Source: the human T2T-CHM13v2.0 reference genome, Homo sapiens. From it: DNA of 64,000 nucleotides. The notes under the pieces were generated by a model. It searched no databases, had not been told where the DNA came from, and saw only the letters and a program-made list of their open reading frames with translations. Location: the NCBI RefSeq assembly GCF_009914755.1, contig NC_060937.1; one strand, given 5' to 3'. A program made the translations under genes and the position numbers. This document shows, piece after piece, positions 1-13,678 of this stretch. Positions within the stretch are counted from its first letter, which is position 1; the number at the start of each line of letters is the position of its first letter.

Positions 1-490
1 CTGCATGTGAATATATGTAATAAAGATATTATGTTAATGCCAATGATTGTTGCTAAATCAATAAAGAGGAAATTTGTATTGGAAAGATCAGTGAACTTCA
101 TAACACAAATCTTGATTTTGTAAACCATTTCTTCCATTGCCTATTAGAATGACTATGTACTATCTTCAATCTAAATTTTGATCTTTAAAATTTCTGTGAT
201 CTCTGCCTCCTTGCATGTATCTACTCAAGCCAGAGGAAATAGATACAGTTTTATGTAGAAAAAAGTATCTGTGAAATGGTTTTAATATTGCCCGTGAAGA
301 ATATAAAAATGTGTGACAGTGGTGAGGTGACAGTTATTATTCAGATGTCATTGTACATAAAGTATTTGAGTTTAGTTAAGTGGCATGGGGGAAAATTAAT
401 ATGAACAAATGATATATCTTAATTATAGATTTTTTTAAAGGATTGAAGCATAAGAGTTTTTATTTCAATCTTATTTCAGAAAACTGAATT

Positions 491-802
491 TTTTCTTTCT
501 TTTTTTTTTTTTTTGAGACAGAGTCTCGCTCTGTCACCCAGACTGGAGTGCAGTAGCACAATCTCGGCTCACTGCAAGCTCCGCCTCCTGGGTTCACGCA
601 TTCTCCTGCCTCAGCCTCCCGAGTAGCTGGGACTACAGGCACCTGCCACCACACCCAGCTAATTTTTTTTTTTTTTGTATTTTTAGTAGAGATGGGATTT
701 CATCATGTTAGCCAGGATGGTCTCGATCTCCTAATGTTGTGATTCGCCTGCCTCAGTCTCCCAAAGTGCTGGGATTACAGGCATGAGCCACCGCACCTGG
801 AC
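491..802 (-). mobile_element. AluY SINE
   Basis: Poly-T then GAGACAGAGTCTCGCTCTGTC...CACTGCAAGCTCCGCCTCC...GGTTCACGC (Y-type diagnostics); TSD AGAAAAYTGAATT at 478-490 and 803-815. Confidence 0.93.
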
Positions 803-858
803 AGAAAATTGAATTCTTAAATACGTTTTTGGCAGAAGTTACAAAGAAAGTTTAATAA

Positions 859-1164
<306 letters not shown>

Positions 1165-1319
1165 AATGATTTCTTAATAAGTATATGAATTGCTATGTGC
1201 ATACATCTTTCTCCAATTCTTGAATATGATTTAATTTACTTAACATTCAATTATAATTTCTTAATATTATTAACTTGCTTGGCATATTCATTTTGCAAAA
1301 GGCACAGAAATATTTGTTG

Positions 1320-1745
1320 TGGAAGTGATGGCCGTTTATTTCCCAAAAATCAGTATTCTCTCTTTCAAGTGGAGAGGTGTCGCTGAAAAAAATACCTGTC
1401 TAGTGTCCCAGTGGGAATCTTTCCCAGCCCCACCTGTAGTTAAGTACAGCCATATTGTAATCAATTAAAGGAGAGAAAAATGAGCTCCTCTTCCAGACTT
1501 GCCCATAAGGACCTTCCATGAGGCACTCCTTTTGCCTTTTTCCTCTTCTGGATGGTCGGATTAGAGAAAACCCCTGGGAGGACCGTAGAAGGCTTAGAAG
1601 CTGGGCTCCTGACTGATTATGTGGGGGAGATTCTCCTGTTGAACTGCACTTGGACCATCTGCATTGGAGAGCAAAATTAAAAGAGTAAAATTAAATTCTA
1701 ATTATGATAATCCTTTCGATAGTAGCAGTTATTACAGCAACTTAT
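1320..1745 (+). mobile_element. Probable old MLT1-type MaLR LTR, degenerate
   Basis: LTR-like ends (GTGATGGCC... and ...GTTATTACAGCAA) resembling MLT1 consensus from memory; boundaries approximate. Confidence 0.4.
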
Positions 1746-2159
1746 ATTACTCTAGTATATTTTCTCAGCTATGTCTTGACTTGTTACAAATAATAGAATC
1801 CAAAGATATAATATTTTACTGTTGGTAGCTGTTACACAATATTTTAGCCTTAACATACCACAGTACCCTTTAATTTAACATATAGGTAGTGTCACTTCAA
1901 TTATCAGAAACCTGTATTTATAGATTTAAAAAATTATTTCTTAATAAAATATCAACTTTTAGCCCTTTTCACATTCTGTTTAATTTTATATAATCCTTAA
2001 TTGATATCTCAAAGCTCTTGCACACCTCTGTACTACACAAAATTAAAGAACTGCCATTTCTTTTCACCCAGGAAATAAAACTCTCTAAATCTTGAACTCT
2101 CAGAAAAGGGGTCCCAGAATGATAATGTAACACTATTCTCCTAACTATACTCCAAATCT

Positions 2160-2610
2160 TTTGGGTGGTTTGTGTTTCCTCAGAATCAAACCCTGAGAAA
2201 AATATTCAAGTTCAAGTTACTTATTTGACAGTTAATTTCAGAAAATGCCAGTAGGGAATGGGAAAGTGTAGAAGAAAAGGAAAGGCAGCCAATAACAAAT
2301 TCATTAGCAAGCAGGCTGCTACTGAGAATAGCTAGATTTTGTTCTCGCAGAGGAAATCTGGCTGTGCTTCAAAAATACCCCCAAGGTGGGGAGAGCAAGC
2401 TGGGACGTTCACACAGCAAACTCCCTTAAGTCATTGGTTGAGGGATGTTCTCAAGGGGTGGTAATTCTCAGACATTTCTAGGATTCAGTGGCTTTGGTAG
2501 CCAGAGAAAAACACATACGCAACAAAATGCAGGTGTAGCCAGTTGGAAATCCAGAGAACAGGCATTAAAGTAAGTGTGAGGGGTTTGAGTGGGGCAGCAA
2601 CAGTGATAAT
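2160..2610 (-). mobile_element. ERVL LTR, LTR16/LTR33-like
   Basis: CAGAATCAAACCCTGAGA...TTATTTG...CCAGTAGGGAATGGGAAAGTG...AAGGCAGCCAATAA resembles the reverse of LTR16-family consensus. Confidence 0.6.
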
Positions 2611-3394
2611 ATCCCACTTCAAAATCTTACTCCAAGAACAGCAAGTATATGAATGGAAACTCGAAAATGGTGAAGTTTAGCCACCATGTTATTTTACAAT
2701 GATATGTACACAAGTCTTTTTTAGCCTAATTTTAGTATTTTTACTACCATAAGATCATAATTTTTATTTCTTCTGTGTGTCTATTTCTTGTTTCTTATCC
2801 TTGTGATACATACTACCTTATTTGGTCTCCTGGGCATCTAGTTTTCTATTAAAACAAAAACAAACAAAACGTCTTTGCATTTTGTTTGGTGATTTTATAT
2901 CAGTTCATTTACCATCATCTTGATTTGGGCAGTTACATTAATCTGATTTTCTGAAAAGAATGATGGAGTGTACATTTAGATCCTAAAGAGGAGGAAGGGA
3001 ACATAGAAATTATGTTGTGCCTCCGATTCCTCTGGTCAGTGCAGATATTGCAAATGGATTACATGATTGCCTTCAAGACTCACTTCACCCTGAGCTTCAA
3101 GCACACTTTTGTCAGTTTTGCAAACATTCACATTCTATTGCCCATAGTTTGTATTTCTTTACAATTAAAACCATAATTTTTAATCAGTTCAATAGCCTAC
3201 CTTCTCTTCATCCATCTCTGCGCTACTAAAGGCTTTTTCAGAAATTCATACACCTGGCAGATGAGCATTTTTACCATTTACTTCCCCAAACCTCACTTGG
3301 ATGCCATAATGGTTTTGGGGAATGCTTGGGTACCTCCCTAGTGAGCACTGTTGTTAATTCTCCACAGAGACACACAGTTTTTTATTAATTATAA

Positions 3395-3900
3395 CCTTTT
3401 TATTGCAAATGTCAGAAAAGCAACTTGAATCCGCTTAAGCAAAAATATGTAAAGGGAATATATTAAAATTTTTCTGGGATGTCTCGTGAATCGAAGGATG
3501 GGAAGAGGACTGATCCTCAGTAACAACTGGAACCAGGAGACTAAATTCCACCTTCCTTCATTTTGTATTTATTATTTTCATTAGGAATCTATTTCAAACT
3601 TTAGTTTTTTCTGTGCAGATCACGTCTGCTCTGTGTTCCATATGGGAAGGAGCACATGGGAAACACAATGGAAGGACAGTAAGACCTGGCACTAGGGTTT
3701 CCATCCTGAAATCTGGGTTACTAGAGAGAGACTGACTTTTACAGCACAGGTTCAGAAATTCTAGTGAACACTCTCATTGGTTACACTTGAGTCCAGTGCT
3801 CAGTTCTGTGCTAATCAACTGTGGCCAAGCAGGCTATTTAGGACAATAGTTGGGCAGTTCCAACAGAATGATTTGGACGAAACAAGTTGTATCAAGTGGC
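3395..3900 (-). mobile_element. Old MLT1 (J/K-like) MaLR LTR
   Basis: TTGCAAATGTCAGAAAAGCAACTTGAATCCGCTTAAGCAAAAA...GGGAATATATT resembles the MLT1K/J terminus. Confidence 0.55.
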
Positions 3901-4746
3901 ACGGAATGGACAGTTAGTGGAATTATGAGAGTGATGGACAATACTACCATAATTAATTGAGGCATTACCCTTTTCTACTTTCTTAAAATTATAATCTAAC
4001 CATCTGTCCATTTTTCTCAAAAAAATGCCCTTATCTATTTCATGAAAATGAATGAAAATGTGCCTACAGCTGCATTTATTATTTCTCTTTCCACTCCATT
4101 TTTTTTGTAATAAAATAATTGGACTTAATTCCTAAGCTGAATTTCTAGGCCCTTATTATTTAGAGTCTGCCATATTATTTTTGAACTGGTGTCTACAACT
4201 CTCAGCTTTATTGTCCTTGTTTCAACCTACAACCTACTGCTGGATTAACCTTCTGAATTAACAGTTATCTCCATAGCACTGTTTTATGAAGACACCTTCT
4301 TGGGGTCATTTTTCCAATTAAGTATGGCAAAAAAAATCTGCTTGGCATTTAGGGCTCTCTAGTCCAAAATGTACTACAACCTATTTCCCAAGCTCTTATT
4401 TTTCCCCCATATGTGAGTGTCGTACTTTAGATGCTTCCATTTCTTCCTTTAAGAGACCCTGAGTTTTCCTAGTTTGGTACCTTTCTCCTTCTGTTGCCCA
4501 TATCTGTAATTCCATTTTTACATTTTGAAATCTCCTTCACCTTTCAAGACTCATAAATAACCAGGTCTTTGCAAATTTTTTTCTTCATCTCTCTATTGAA
4601 ATAATTTCATCTTTGTACAAAGATATAGTCTGTCTCATATTGTGATCACTGCGGTATTTATGCTAACCCATCTATGAATGTAATTTTTTAACCAGACATT
4701 ACATAGAACCCTCTTTATCTTAAAAAATTACACTTACTTGGAATAG

Positions 4747-5008
<262 letters not shown>

Positions 5009-6229
5009 TAGGCTTTATGTAATCCAATGGGAAACAGTTTTTCAAAATTTCTCCTGTAGAATCCACTTGCAAACAATATTTGCCACAAATGGGGGCTTTA
5101 TTAAAGATCACACATCAGCTTTAGTTAGGGGTTTTATGGGAAATGCACACTGCTTTTGTGGACTCCAGAGGTAGCAATGTTACCGTAGAACCTTTTGTCT
5201 ATCTTGTGAACTCTTCACTTCAACATCATTTCTTCTCTGCTTCTTTTGTTCTTTTACAGGCACAAAACAGCAACACCACCTACCCCTCCCATTGCCTTCT
5301 TTAGAGTAAGTTCTCTCTTCTGAAGCCTTGGCACAGGCTGACATCCTTCTTACATATTTTACTGAATTGCAGGTAGGAGCTTGGTCTTTCTCATCCTTGT
5401 ATCTTCTTCAGCTTCAGCAATTGTACTTCATCTACACTTGAATTGCCAAGTGGCATGGAGCTATCATTGCCCCAACACATATGAGTAATACACAAAACTA
5501 GAGAAACAAAACTAGAGAACTATGGAGCACATTAAACTTTTAGCTCTGCGTTTTATACTTGTATGTATTCTAGCAATTATGGTCGTACCCCTCTATGAAT
5601 TTACACCAGCGTGTTCTCTTCTCTGTGAGGTAGAGAAAAGTGAAAGAGAATTAGATGTGATATAAATTAGATCAATAGCTTGTATGGAGAAACATATTAG
5701 GGGAATACATTTATATTCATAAGTAATTTTATTATCTCATTTTCTGGTTTCACATACCTATAGTTAAATGTCTTCACTGTGAAGACAATATCCGTGTCTT
5801 GAAATAATTTTCATGAATTCTCTTATTTTCCCAAGTGTGAGAAGAATTAATTCTTCATGATGTCAAAATTAGAAAATGGTTCCAATGGTTAGGATTACAA
5901 AACTCATCCATGTCCTAATTAAGAACATTGTTCTCTTATGACTGAATTAATTTCACCATGAATGCAGCATTAAGATTAATCTAGTGGAGGGAATCTTAAG
6001 TTTCTAATAATTTAATATTACTTACATTTTACCCATAGAACACTATTTAAAATAAAATCATTTGAAAAACATAGAAGTTGACAAAATATTAACCTAAAGC
6101 ATTAAATGTAGAATTTCCTCCTTTATCACTCCAAATTTCAATGGATTACATGAAATAAGTTGTTGGAAAAAATTTATTAAATAGTATCCCCCTGAATATA
6201 CTAAATATACGTATTTTACTAGACAAGTT

Positions 6230-6945
6230 TGAATTAGAGAGACAAAGCTCCTAGGAATGATAATGACTAGGGGATTTACTATAGGGATTCCAACTTACAC
6301 ATTTGTAGGAGTTGGTTAAACTATATAAACCTGCTTTTTTCTACATTAGACACTGAGACTGAAGTCAGGAAGGCAGGCCATTGGGAAGGAAAGATGGTGA
6401 AGTGGGGAAGGAACAGGACACATTGGAGCACATAAGAGTGAGCTGGAACACATGCAGGTCTCTTGTCAGCTCCAGCTCCCAACATCAGTGCTATTTCTGG
6501 CTAGATGTGAAACTGGTGCCCTTTCCTGTGAAGCTAACCACAGCACTGGCCCAAGAGTCACAGAAGATAAAGGAAGAGACCCAAGAGGAGTTGGACGAGC
6601 AAGTCCTGCTGCTGCTGCAGACGCTGCACACACTGGTCTAGGATTTTGAGAAACTGAAGGAGGAGATCCAGCTGTTGCTGGAGTGACTGTCAGCTGGCCC
6701 TGCTCCACTTAGACAAGGTGAGCCAGCCCATCAGAAACAATGTGCCTGATTTGCAATGGCACCCGATGTCTTGCATTGTAATTGCATTGACCTTCCCAGT
6801 ATAAAAGGATATGACTGTTGCTGCTTCTCTTCCACTTTTCGAATGTCATCTAAAGTATCTCTTGCAGCCCACAGGAATTTGGAATTATGCTAAAAAGTGG
6901 ATTCTGAGAATCATGTTTGTAACTTAAATGAGCTTACACAGTGCA
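6230..6945 (-). mobile_element. Old ERVL-type LTR (LTR40/41/MLT2-related)
   Basis: GC-richer island with GGGATTTACTATAGGGATT...CTTACAC and GGGATTCTGAGAA...GCTTACACA motifs; family uncertain. Confidence 0.45.
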
Positions 6946-8114
6946 TATCACCTTGCATATGTCAAAATAAAAAATGAAATAAAAATCGATACAATCTCTT
7001 CTTCTCCCTGGAGTAAAGACAGTATCTTTTTTCTGAATACTATGTGTTCATCAGTCTTCTCATCACAGCTTCAGTGCCTGTATCAGATAACATCTTAGGA
7101 AGTCTCATCCAGGCTACCCTTCCTCCAGACACACTGGATATGATCTTAATTGCTAGAATATTAAGAGAAGATAATAAGATAAGAAGGGAAGCAGCAACCA
7201 TATGATGTGATAATTGTGAGTCTGGGACCTGGAAGCTTTACAAAAGATATTGGGTAATAAAGACTTGGAGACTTACATGTTTAACTTCCTTATCCAGAGT
7301 GATCTGATGGGCATATTTATTATGATGATGGTAAAGATATTAAGTTCAAATTCAACCCCCATCTGAGAGGACCGGAAGACTGTTTAAGTTGTCAGGGTAG
7401 CCTGACAATGAACCAGGGCTGCATACAAACCATTAGTGAAAACTGCAAAGATACATGTAACACACAGGCAAATATACAAAGAGAACCTTGTATGGAGTGT
7501 AAAAGAAGCATACGCCTACAAACTGCTGGAGGCTTTGAAAGCAATTTACCGAGAAAGCTTTTTACAGTGGCCCACTTTGGAGCCATCGATAATTAACTAA
7601 ACAAATATTTCAGAGTGTATCCAACTGGTTTCAGCCAATTTCCTTAGGGAGTTGTGATACTTTAAATTCCATATAATGATACTGTTGGATCAGTGTCTTC
7701 AGCTGCAGTATGTAAGCACACAGGACTTGATTCATGATCATATGGGTAATAATTTGAGATCAATATTTTAAATAATGTAATAGAAAACCAGCAAGGAATC
7801 TCTCACAAGTAATAAATAGCGCTTGAGCCTTAGTTGTGGGTATATGGAGTCATTATGAATTCTGCCAAGTATATAGATTTATGCTTATACAAATTACTGA
7901 GTGATAAAAGACAACATTTCTCATAATAGCAATATGGTTTCATAACCTATCCAAGAGCATAGGTTTCTTCATGTAGGACACCAAGAAACCAAAGCATTAT
8001 TCTAACCACTTATTCATAATAGGTCTGACTTTAGCAGCTGATATTTCTGCCTTGCAGAGACTCTGTTTTTCCCAGTCTTGAGATGAGATGTGAAGCTTGT
8101 CTTATTCACACTGC

Positions 8115-8290
8115 GTGGCATATGGAAAGAAGCTCAGGCTTTAGAGGCAGAAATACATCTGCTCGAGGGATCTGCTTAGTGCTAGTTTCTGCTTCTGTAA
8201 AATGCGAATGGGAGACGTGTCATTATTTTTCTCTCACAGGGTTGCCCTGAGAAAGCGACACAGTAAAAAGCAAAGTGTATTGCAAACAGT
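8115..8290 (+). mobile_element. MIR SINE
   Basis: GGCATATGGAAAGAAGCTCAGGCTTTAGAGGCAGA...AGTTTCTGCTTCTGTAAAATG...CTCACAGGGTTG. Confidence 0.6.
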
Positions 8291-9296
8291 GCAATACTAC
8301 GAAAACAAGTTAATTTCTGATTTGTTATCTCAGGTTTGTAGTACCTAAAGGGCTGATGACAAAAGGCAGCCATTCATGTAAAAGCACCTCAATGGGAAAA
8401 GTCTCTATTTTATTTATGAAACTCTTTCACTGTCTGCTTTATATCTACTCTTCCTGATACTCATTGAAAATACACATAATTTCATCTTCCTCATAGCCTG
8501 ACATTCTTTTCCTTTTTAATGAACTGGAAAACATAAGAACTAGCATCATATTCTCTCTTTCTCCATCCTTTTCATCATTTTAACTACTCATATAACGGAG
8601 CCTTCAATTGTGGGTCACATGTCAATCAGCCATTTCCAGAATTGATTTGAAAAACTATATTTAGATATGAGATTGCCTTTTCAGTAGATACAACCATCTT
8701 TTCCACTCCTTCTCTTCCACTTAGCTCTTCCATAAGCTATCCAGTCCCCTATTCTCTGGTTTATCAGTGGACTTCTACCAATAATACTTTTTCTATCTGC
8801 CTGAATCATTGTGTTAGTTGATTTTCCAACATTCTTTTCCAGCTGATATCGAACCTTGAGTTATTCCATCTATCTGATTTCATTGTTCTTGCTCCAGGGC
8901 TGTTAGCTATTCTCTAGCTAATCTCCAGAGATTGCTAGAGAGAATCATCCATCCTATATCCATGCATGCCCTTGTGAATGTCCTGTCTGGACCTAGCTGG
9001 AACTCACCTAACCACAGGCAAAATGAATGTAGCAGCTAAATAGCTGGGTTTGCAAAATTTGTTCTGAACCAAGCTACATTGCCCACAGACATTACTTTTT
9101 CCTGCACTGCTCAGGCTCTGACTTTTTACCTCCTCATTCCATTTGTGTTTGCCCCACTTCCAATTTTGGCATCTCGGTTTATTATTACATGCTTCATCTT
9201 CTGGCTTTAAGCTCATCTCCAAGGGCTGTCATGTTCAAACTCATTAGCCAATATTTTGAATACTCTGGCTTTGGCCCAAGACTAAGTTTTATGACT

Positions 9297-9539
9297 GTGT
9301 TAGTCCATTCTCATGCTGCTAATAAACACATACTCGAGACTGGGTAATTTATAAAGGAAAGAAGTTTAATTGGCTTACAGTTTCACAGGGCTAGTGAGGC
9401 CTCAAGAAACTTAAAATCATGGCAAAAGGGGAAGCAAACACATCCTTCTTCACATGGCAGCAGCAAAGAGAAGTGCAGAGCAAAGGAGGGGAATCGTCCC
9501 TTATAAAACCACCGGATCTCGTGAGAACTCACTCACTAT
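9297..9539 (-). mobile_element. THE1 (B/C-like) MaLR LTR, truncated at its 5' (U3) end
   Basis: TGTGTTAGTCCATTCTCATGCTGCTAATAAA...GAGACTGGGTAATTTATAAAGG...CTTATAAAACC...GAGAACTCACTCACTAT, then homology stops. Confidence 0.9.
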
Positions 9540-12515
9540 TTACTTATTGTTTTATCTTTAGAACATGACAAAAGCCCTTTGTCTTAGGCACTCAATAAAA
9601 GGTGCCAAATCAATGACTAAATAAACAAATGAGTATGTCTTTGTGCAAAATAAACTGCTACGTAAGAATGTCACTTTCTCAAGAAATCTTATAGAAAGTT
9701 TTGCAATCCTGCATAGGAGACTTTAAAGAGCAGAACTACTTTTTTCAAGCTAAACATTGAAGGAATTTTGTGAGGTAGTATCTTGACAAGTTTCCTCATC
9801 CATTTCTTCATAATTTCTCTTTAAATCTGGCATTTTACAGCCCAGGTCTCAGTTTTCTCATGGTGCTCTTTGATGGTATAGCTCCTTTATTGAGTGACTC
9901 CGCTAAGATTTTTCCCATTCAGATACCACCTCCCCAAATCTCTCTCCACTGCCAAATCTGTTTGCTGTCCACTTCCTGTTAGCCTCTGTACGAGGCTGTT
10001 TGGCTAATCTTATACAGGCTTACATCAGTGATAATGGCTTAATGCTCTATGCTTCAGGGAGAAAAATAGGTATTATAATAAAGTTCTTAAAGTACTTTAA
10101 TCCCTAAGAGTTACTTTTAATGAATTCCTTTCTTCACTTATTTCCTCTCTAATTTCCCCTAATTTCCCCCTTTTTAATTTTATAATATTTATTTCCTAAA
10201 TAATCTACCTATTCTAAAGTGAGCCTGGCCTTACAGTATTCTTCATTGTGTCTTTCATATTATCCTCCCACTTCTCCTTACTATACTTTTGCATAATAGT
10301 TGTCTAATGAGTTTTTATGAAAATAAATTTATTGCAAACAAATGTAAGTGACTGAAAAGTTATTTGTAAAAAAATGTAGTAAGCATCAGTCAATGGCTCA
10401 CTATTTTAGTTGTGATTTTTCTGAAATTTGAGGATCAAAAGAATATGTGGACTAAAATACATGTTGGCATCATCTGGGATTTTATTGTTGTGGGATGTAA
10501 TGTCTCTAGACCAGATTTTTTTCCCCTCATTTATTAGCTTGATGAATGTCGCAATATGTATGTGAAATATATTGAGCGGATATAATTAGTTCCATTTCAA
10601 GTTGGAAGCTGAGGCACTGAGAGGTTAACTAAAACTACATTAGTTTTTAGTAATAAGTTGTAAGCATCTTCAGGTCAAAGGTGATATCTTAGTACAGCCT
10701 GCCTTTCTACACAAGCATATCTTCATGTGGTCTGCACCCAGTAAACGATTGTGGGCTTGGAATGTCTGGAAGTGGTCCTAGATTTTATTACCTCCTGCCT
10801 AGTGTTCTTTCCATGGCACTATTTTGCTTCATAAAGAGGGCATTACCAATTGGAAGTGGGCGCTTTATTAAATTTGACCTGCTACCTGTAGCCGTGGGCA
10901 ATACAAGATTGAACAATTCACTTTCTAAATAGGTGGAGGGTTAGAATGGGAAGGTACTTTGCACCAATCAAATCTCCCTGATTTTTGTTTATGGGACAAG
11001 CCACTCCAGTTGACTTTGGGCTCTTGTAATTCTTAACAGAATCCAAGTTGTAACCAAGGTATGGATTATAACCAACACTGCTGATCTCCAGCCAAATTTG
11101 TACCAGCTAATGACTTTTTGCTGCCACCACATATTAGTTTTAGCAACGAATCATGGCCAAGTTTCATATTGCCTCAGGGAAATGTGCTAGATGTTGAAAT
11201 GGAAATAGGTGAAGTGGGGGATATGAAGTACAGGGGGCACATTTCAGGGAATGAAACTCAAGGGCATATATATCATCGTGCTATAAAGCAGGGTAAATCA
11301 TCAAGAACTGGTTGTAAGTTACATGGTTAGGGATGCCAACCATCTGGACATGATGGTGCATTAATAGTGACTATCAAACAAAATACCCAAGTGCAGATGT
11401 TCATTATATTTCATTAACGTGAATCCTAGAGGTTTGTTTTTAATTCTATGTAACTATCCTGATTGCCTGAAGTATATGTACAAAATTGGTTTAATACAAT
11501 TTTGAATGGGATGATTGGTCATTTATATAAATGATGTGGAAAGCTTTTGAATTTTCCCTCTCTGTGCTGTATACATTAAAACAAAAACAATCCATACATT
11601 ATATGTAATAGCTTAGTACTTACGCATTTATCTTTAGGTTATAGAATGGGAGGGATAGGTTTTGACAAAATGGTGTTTAACCTTCTTGAATAGGGAAACT
11701 CTTGAAAACAACCACTGTCTATTTTCCAAGGTTCAAGGAAAACTAAACATTGACAGAATCTTTCTAGATAAAGATTGTTATCAAGGCTCCAAAAAGTTAG
11801 ATGAATCATTACGATCATCATTATTCTAATGTGCAGACTAGTGTGGGGAACATTTGCAGTCAATTTATAATTAGGGTCAGGATATGAGGATTTTAGTGAA
11901 ATTGAGCCAAATTGATTAAATTGTTGTTCTCAAACCCCATGCTTCATACTATAGCATACAAGGATAAACATTTTGTTTCAGTCTTCCAACTGAGAAAAAA
12001 CGTTTTTCACATAAAATATCACTTTTAATTCATCATCTTAATATCATTTTTTTGTGGCACCATAGCCACTGAAGTTTAAATGGTTTTGGATTCAGATTTC
12101 TCATAATTTGTGCCAGTATTCTTTATTCACCCAGCTGGACTTCACAGTTACCAAACATATTATTATCTTGCTAAAGGAGCCACAATACCCTATGACTAGA
12201 TCATTGAACTATCAGAGGAGGAAATATTGTCACACCAAGAAGTCACAATACCTATCCATTTTAAACTTCACATTTGGGAAACCAGGAATCTTTGAGAAAC
12301 AATACAGAAAATTTACTAAAGAAAGAAATACAGGAACAACCAGCAATCCTAAGAGGAGCCACAGACCCTCTAAAGGAAGCAGACTGCTACTGCAGGACCT
12401 GGGAGACACCCCAAATACTGTGAGTGCCCCAACTGCACAAGTGGGAAGGGGAGAGCCTCCTCCCCCAGTACATCCCTGACTGGAGAAACTGAAGTTCTGT
12501 TTGCAGGAGAAGTTT

Positions 12516-12569
12516 CCAACCTTATCTGGAGCTCCAATCTTACCTGGAGCTGCGACCTTACCTGGAGCT
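12516..12569 (+). repeat. 3 x 18-bp tandem repeat in L1 5'UTR
   Basis: CCAACCTTATCTGGAGCT / CCAATCTTACCTGGAGCT / GCGACCTTACCTGGAGCT. Confidence 0.9.
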
Positions 12570-13107
12570 GAGTCAATTTAGAGAGCCGAGTGAAATACAG
12601 GGGTAGAAGAAGCAGCAGAAAGGCCCCAGGAGCTCGCTGGGTCCCCAAGCAGCCCATTCCTGCCTGGCACTAGAGGAATTGATTGGGAGGGTGGCCAGAG
12701 GAGCAGGGGATAAAACTCCACAGGAAGAAGGACATCTCTAGCTTAACTGTGTAACAATTTGAATAGGATGAGAAGCCTCCTGCCCAGAACTTGGGGAGGG
12801 CACAAATCCAGTGTGCAGACTCCACAGTGTGGGGAAGAACCAAACCCTTTTCTTTCACAGCTGGAAGGCAGGTAGCTGGGGGCAAGTTTTCAAGCCTGGC
12901 TTGCCTACCTCCAGGAAACAGACTCAGGGCTGTTGAGGGGGCCACGGTGGGAATGAGACTGGCCTTTGGTTTGCATGGAAACTGGGTAAGGCCTGTGACT
13001 GCTGGTTTTCCCACATTTCCCTGACAACCTACATGACTCAGCAGAGGCAGCTATAATCCTCCTGGGTACACAAATCCAGTGACCTGGGAATCCCACCCCA
13101 TTCCCCA

Positions 13108-13128
13108 CAGCAGCAGCAGCAGCAGCAA
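13108..13128 (+). repeat. (CAG)6CAA trinucleotide repeat in L1 5'UTR
   Basis: Read directly. Confidence 0.9.
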
Positions 13129-13678
13129 GACACGCCCAAGGAGAGTCTGAGCTCAGATACGCCTACCCCTGCCCCCAACCAGATGGTCCTTCCCTACCCA
13201 CCCTGGTAACAGAAGTCAAAGGGCATATAATCTTGGGAGTTCTAGGGCCCCACCCACCACCAGTCCCTCTCCATACTACTGCAGCTGATGCTCTCTGAAA
13301 GGCACCACCTCCTGGCAGAAGGCCAACCAGCACAAAAATAGAGCATTAAACCGCCAAAGCTAAGCACCCTCATGGAGTCCATTGCACCCCCCTCCACCTC
13401 CACCGGAACAGGCGCTGGCGTCCGCGGCTGAGAGACCCATAGACAGTCTACATCCCAGGACTCTGTGCAGACAATCCCCAGTACCAGTCCAGAGCTGGGC
13501 ATACTTGTTGGGTGGCTAGACCCAGAAGAGAGATAACAATCACTGCAGTTCCGCTCACAAGAAGCCACATCCGTAGGAAAAGGGGGAAAGTACTACATCA
13601 AGGGAACACCCCTTGGGACAAAAGAATGTGAACAACAGACTTCAGCACTAGACCTTCCCTCTGACAGAGCCTACCCAA

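Noticed and set aside
6381-6708. Overlapping ORFs in a GC-richer island
   Set aside because: Lie in a probable old LTR; no splice context or recognisable domain
12108-13568. Several 67-123 aa ORFs in the L1 5'UTR (ORF0-like?)
   Set aside because: Chance ORFs in GC-rich sequence; ORF0 is described for younger L1PA 5'UTRs and I see no similarity
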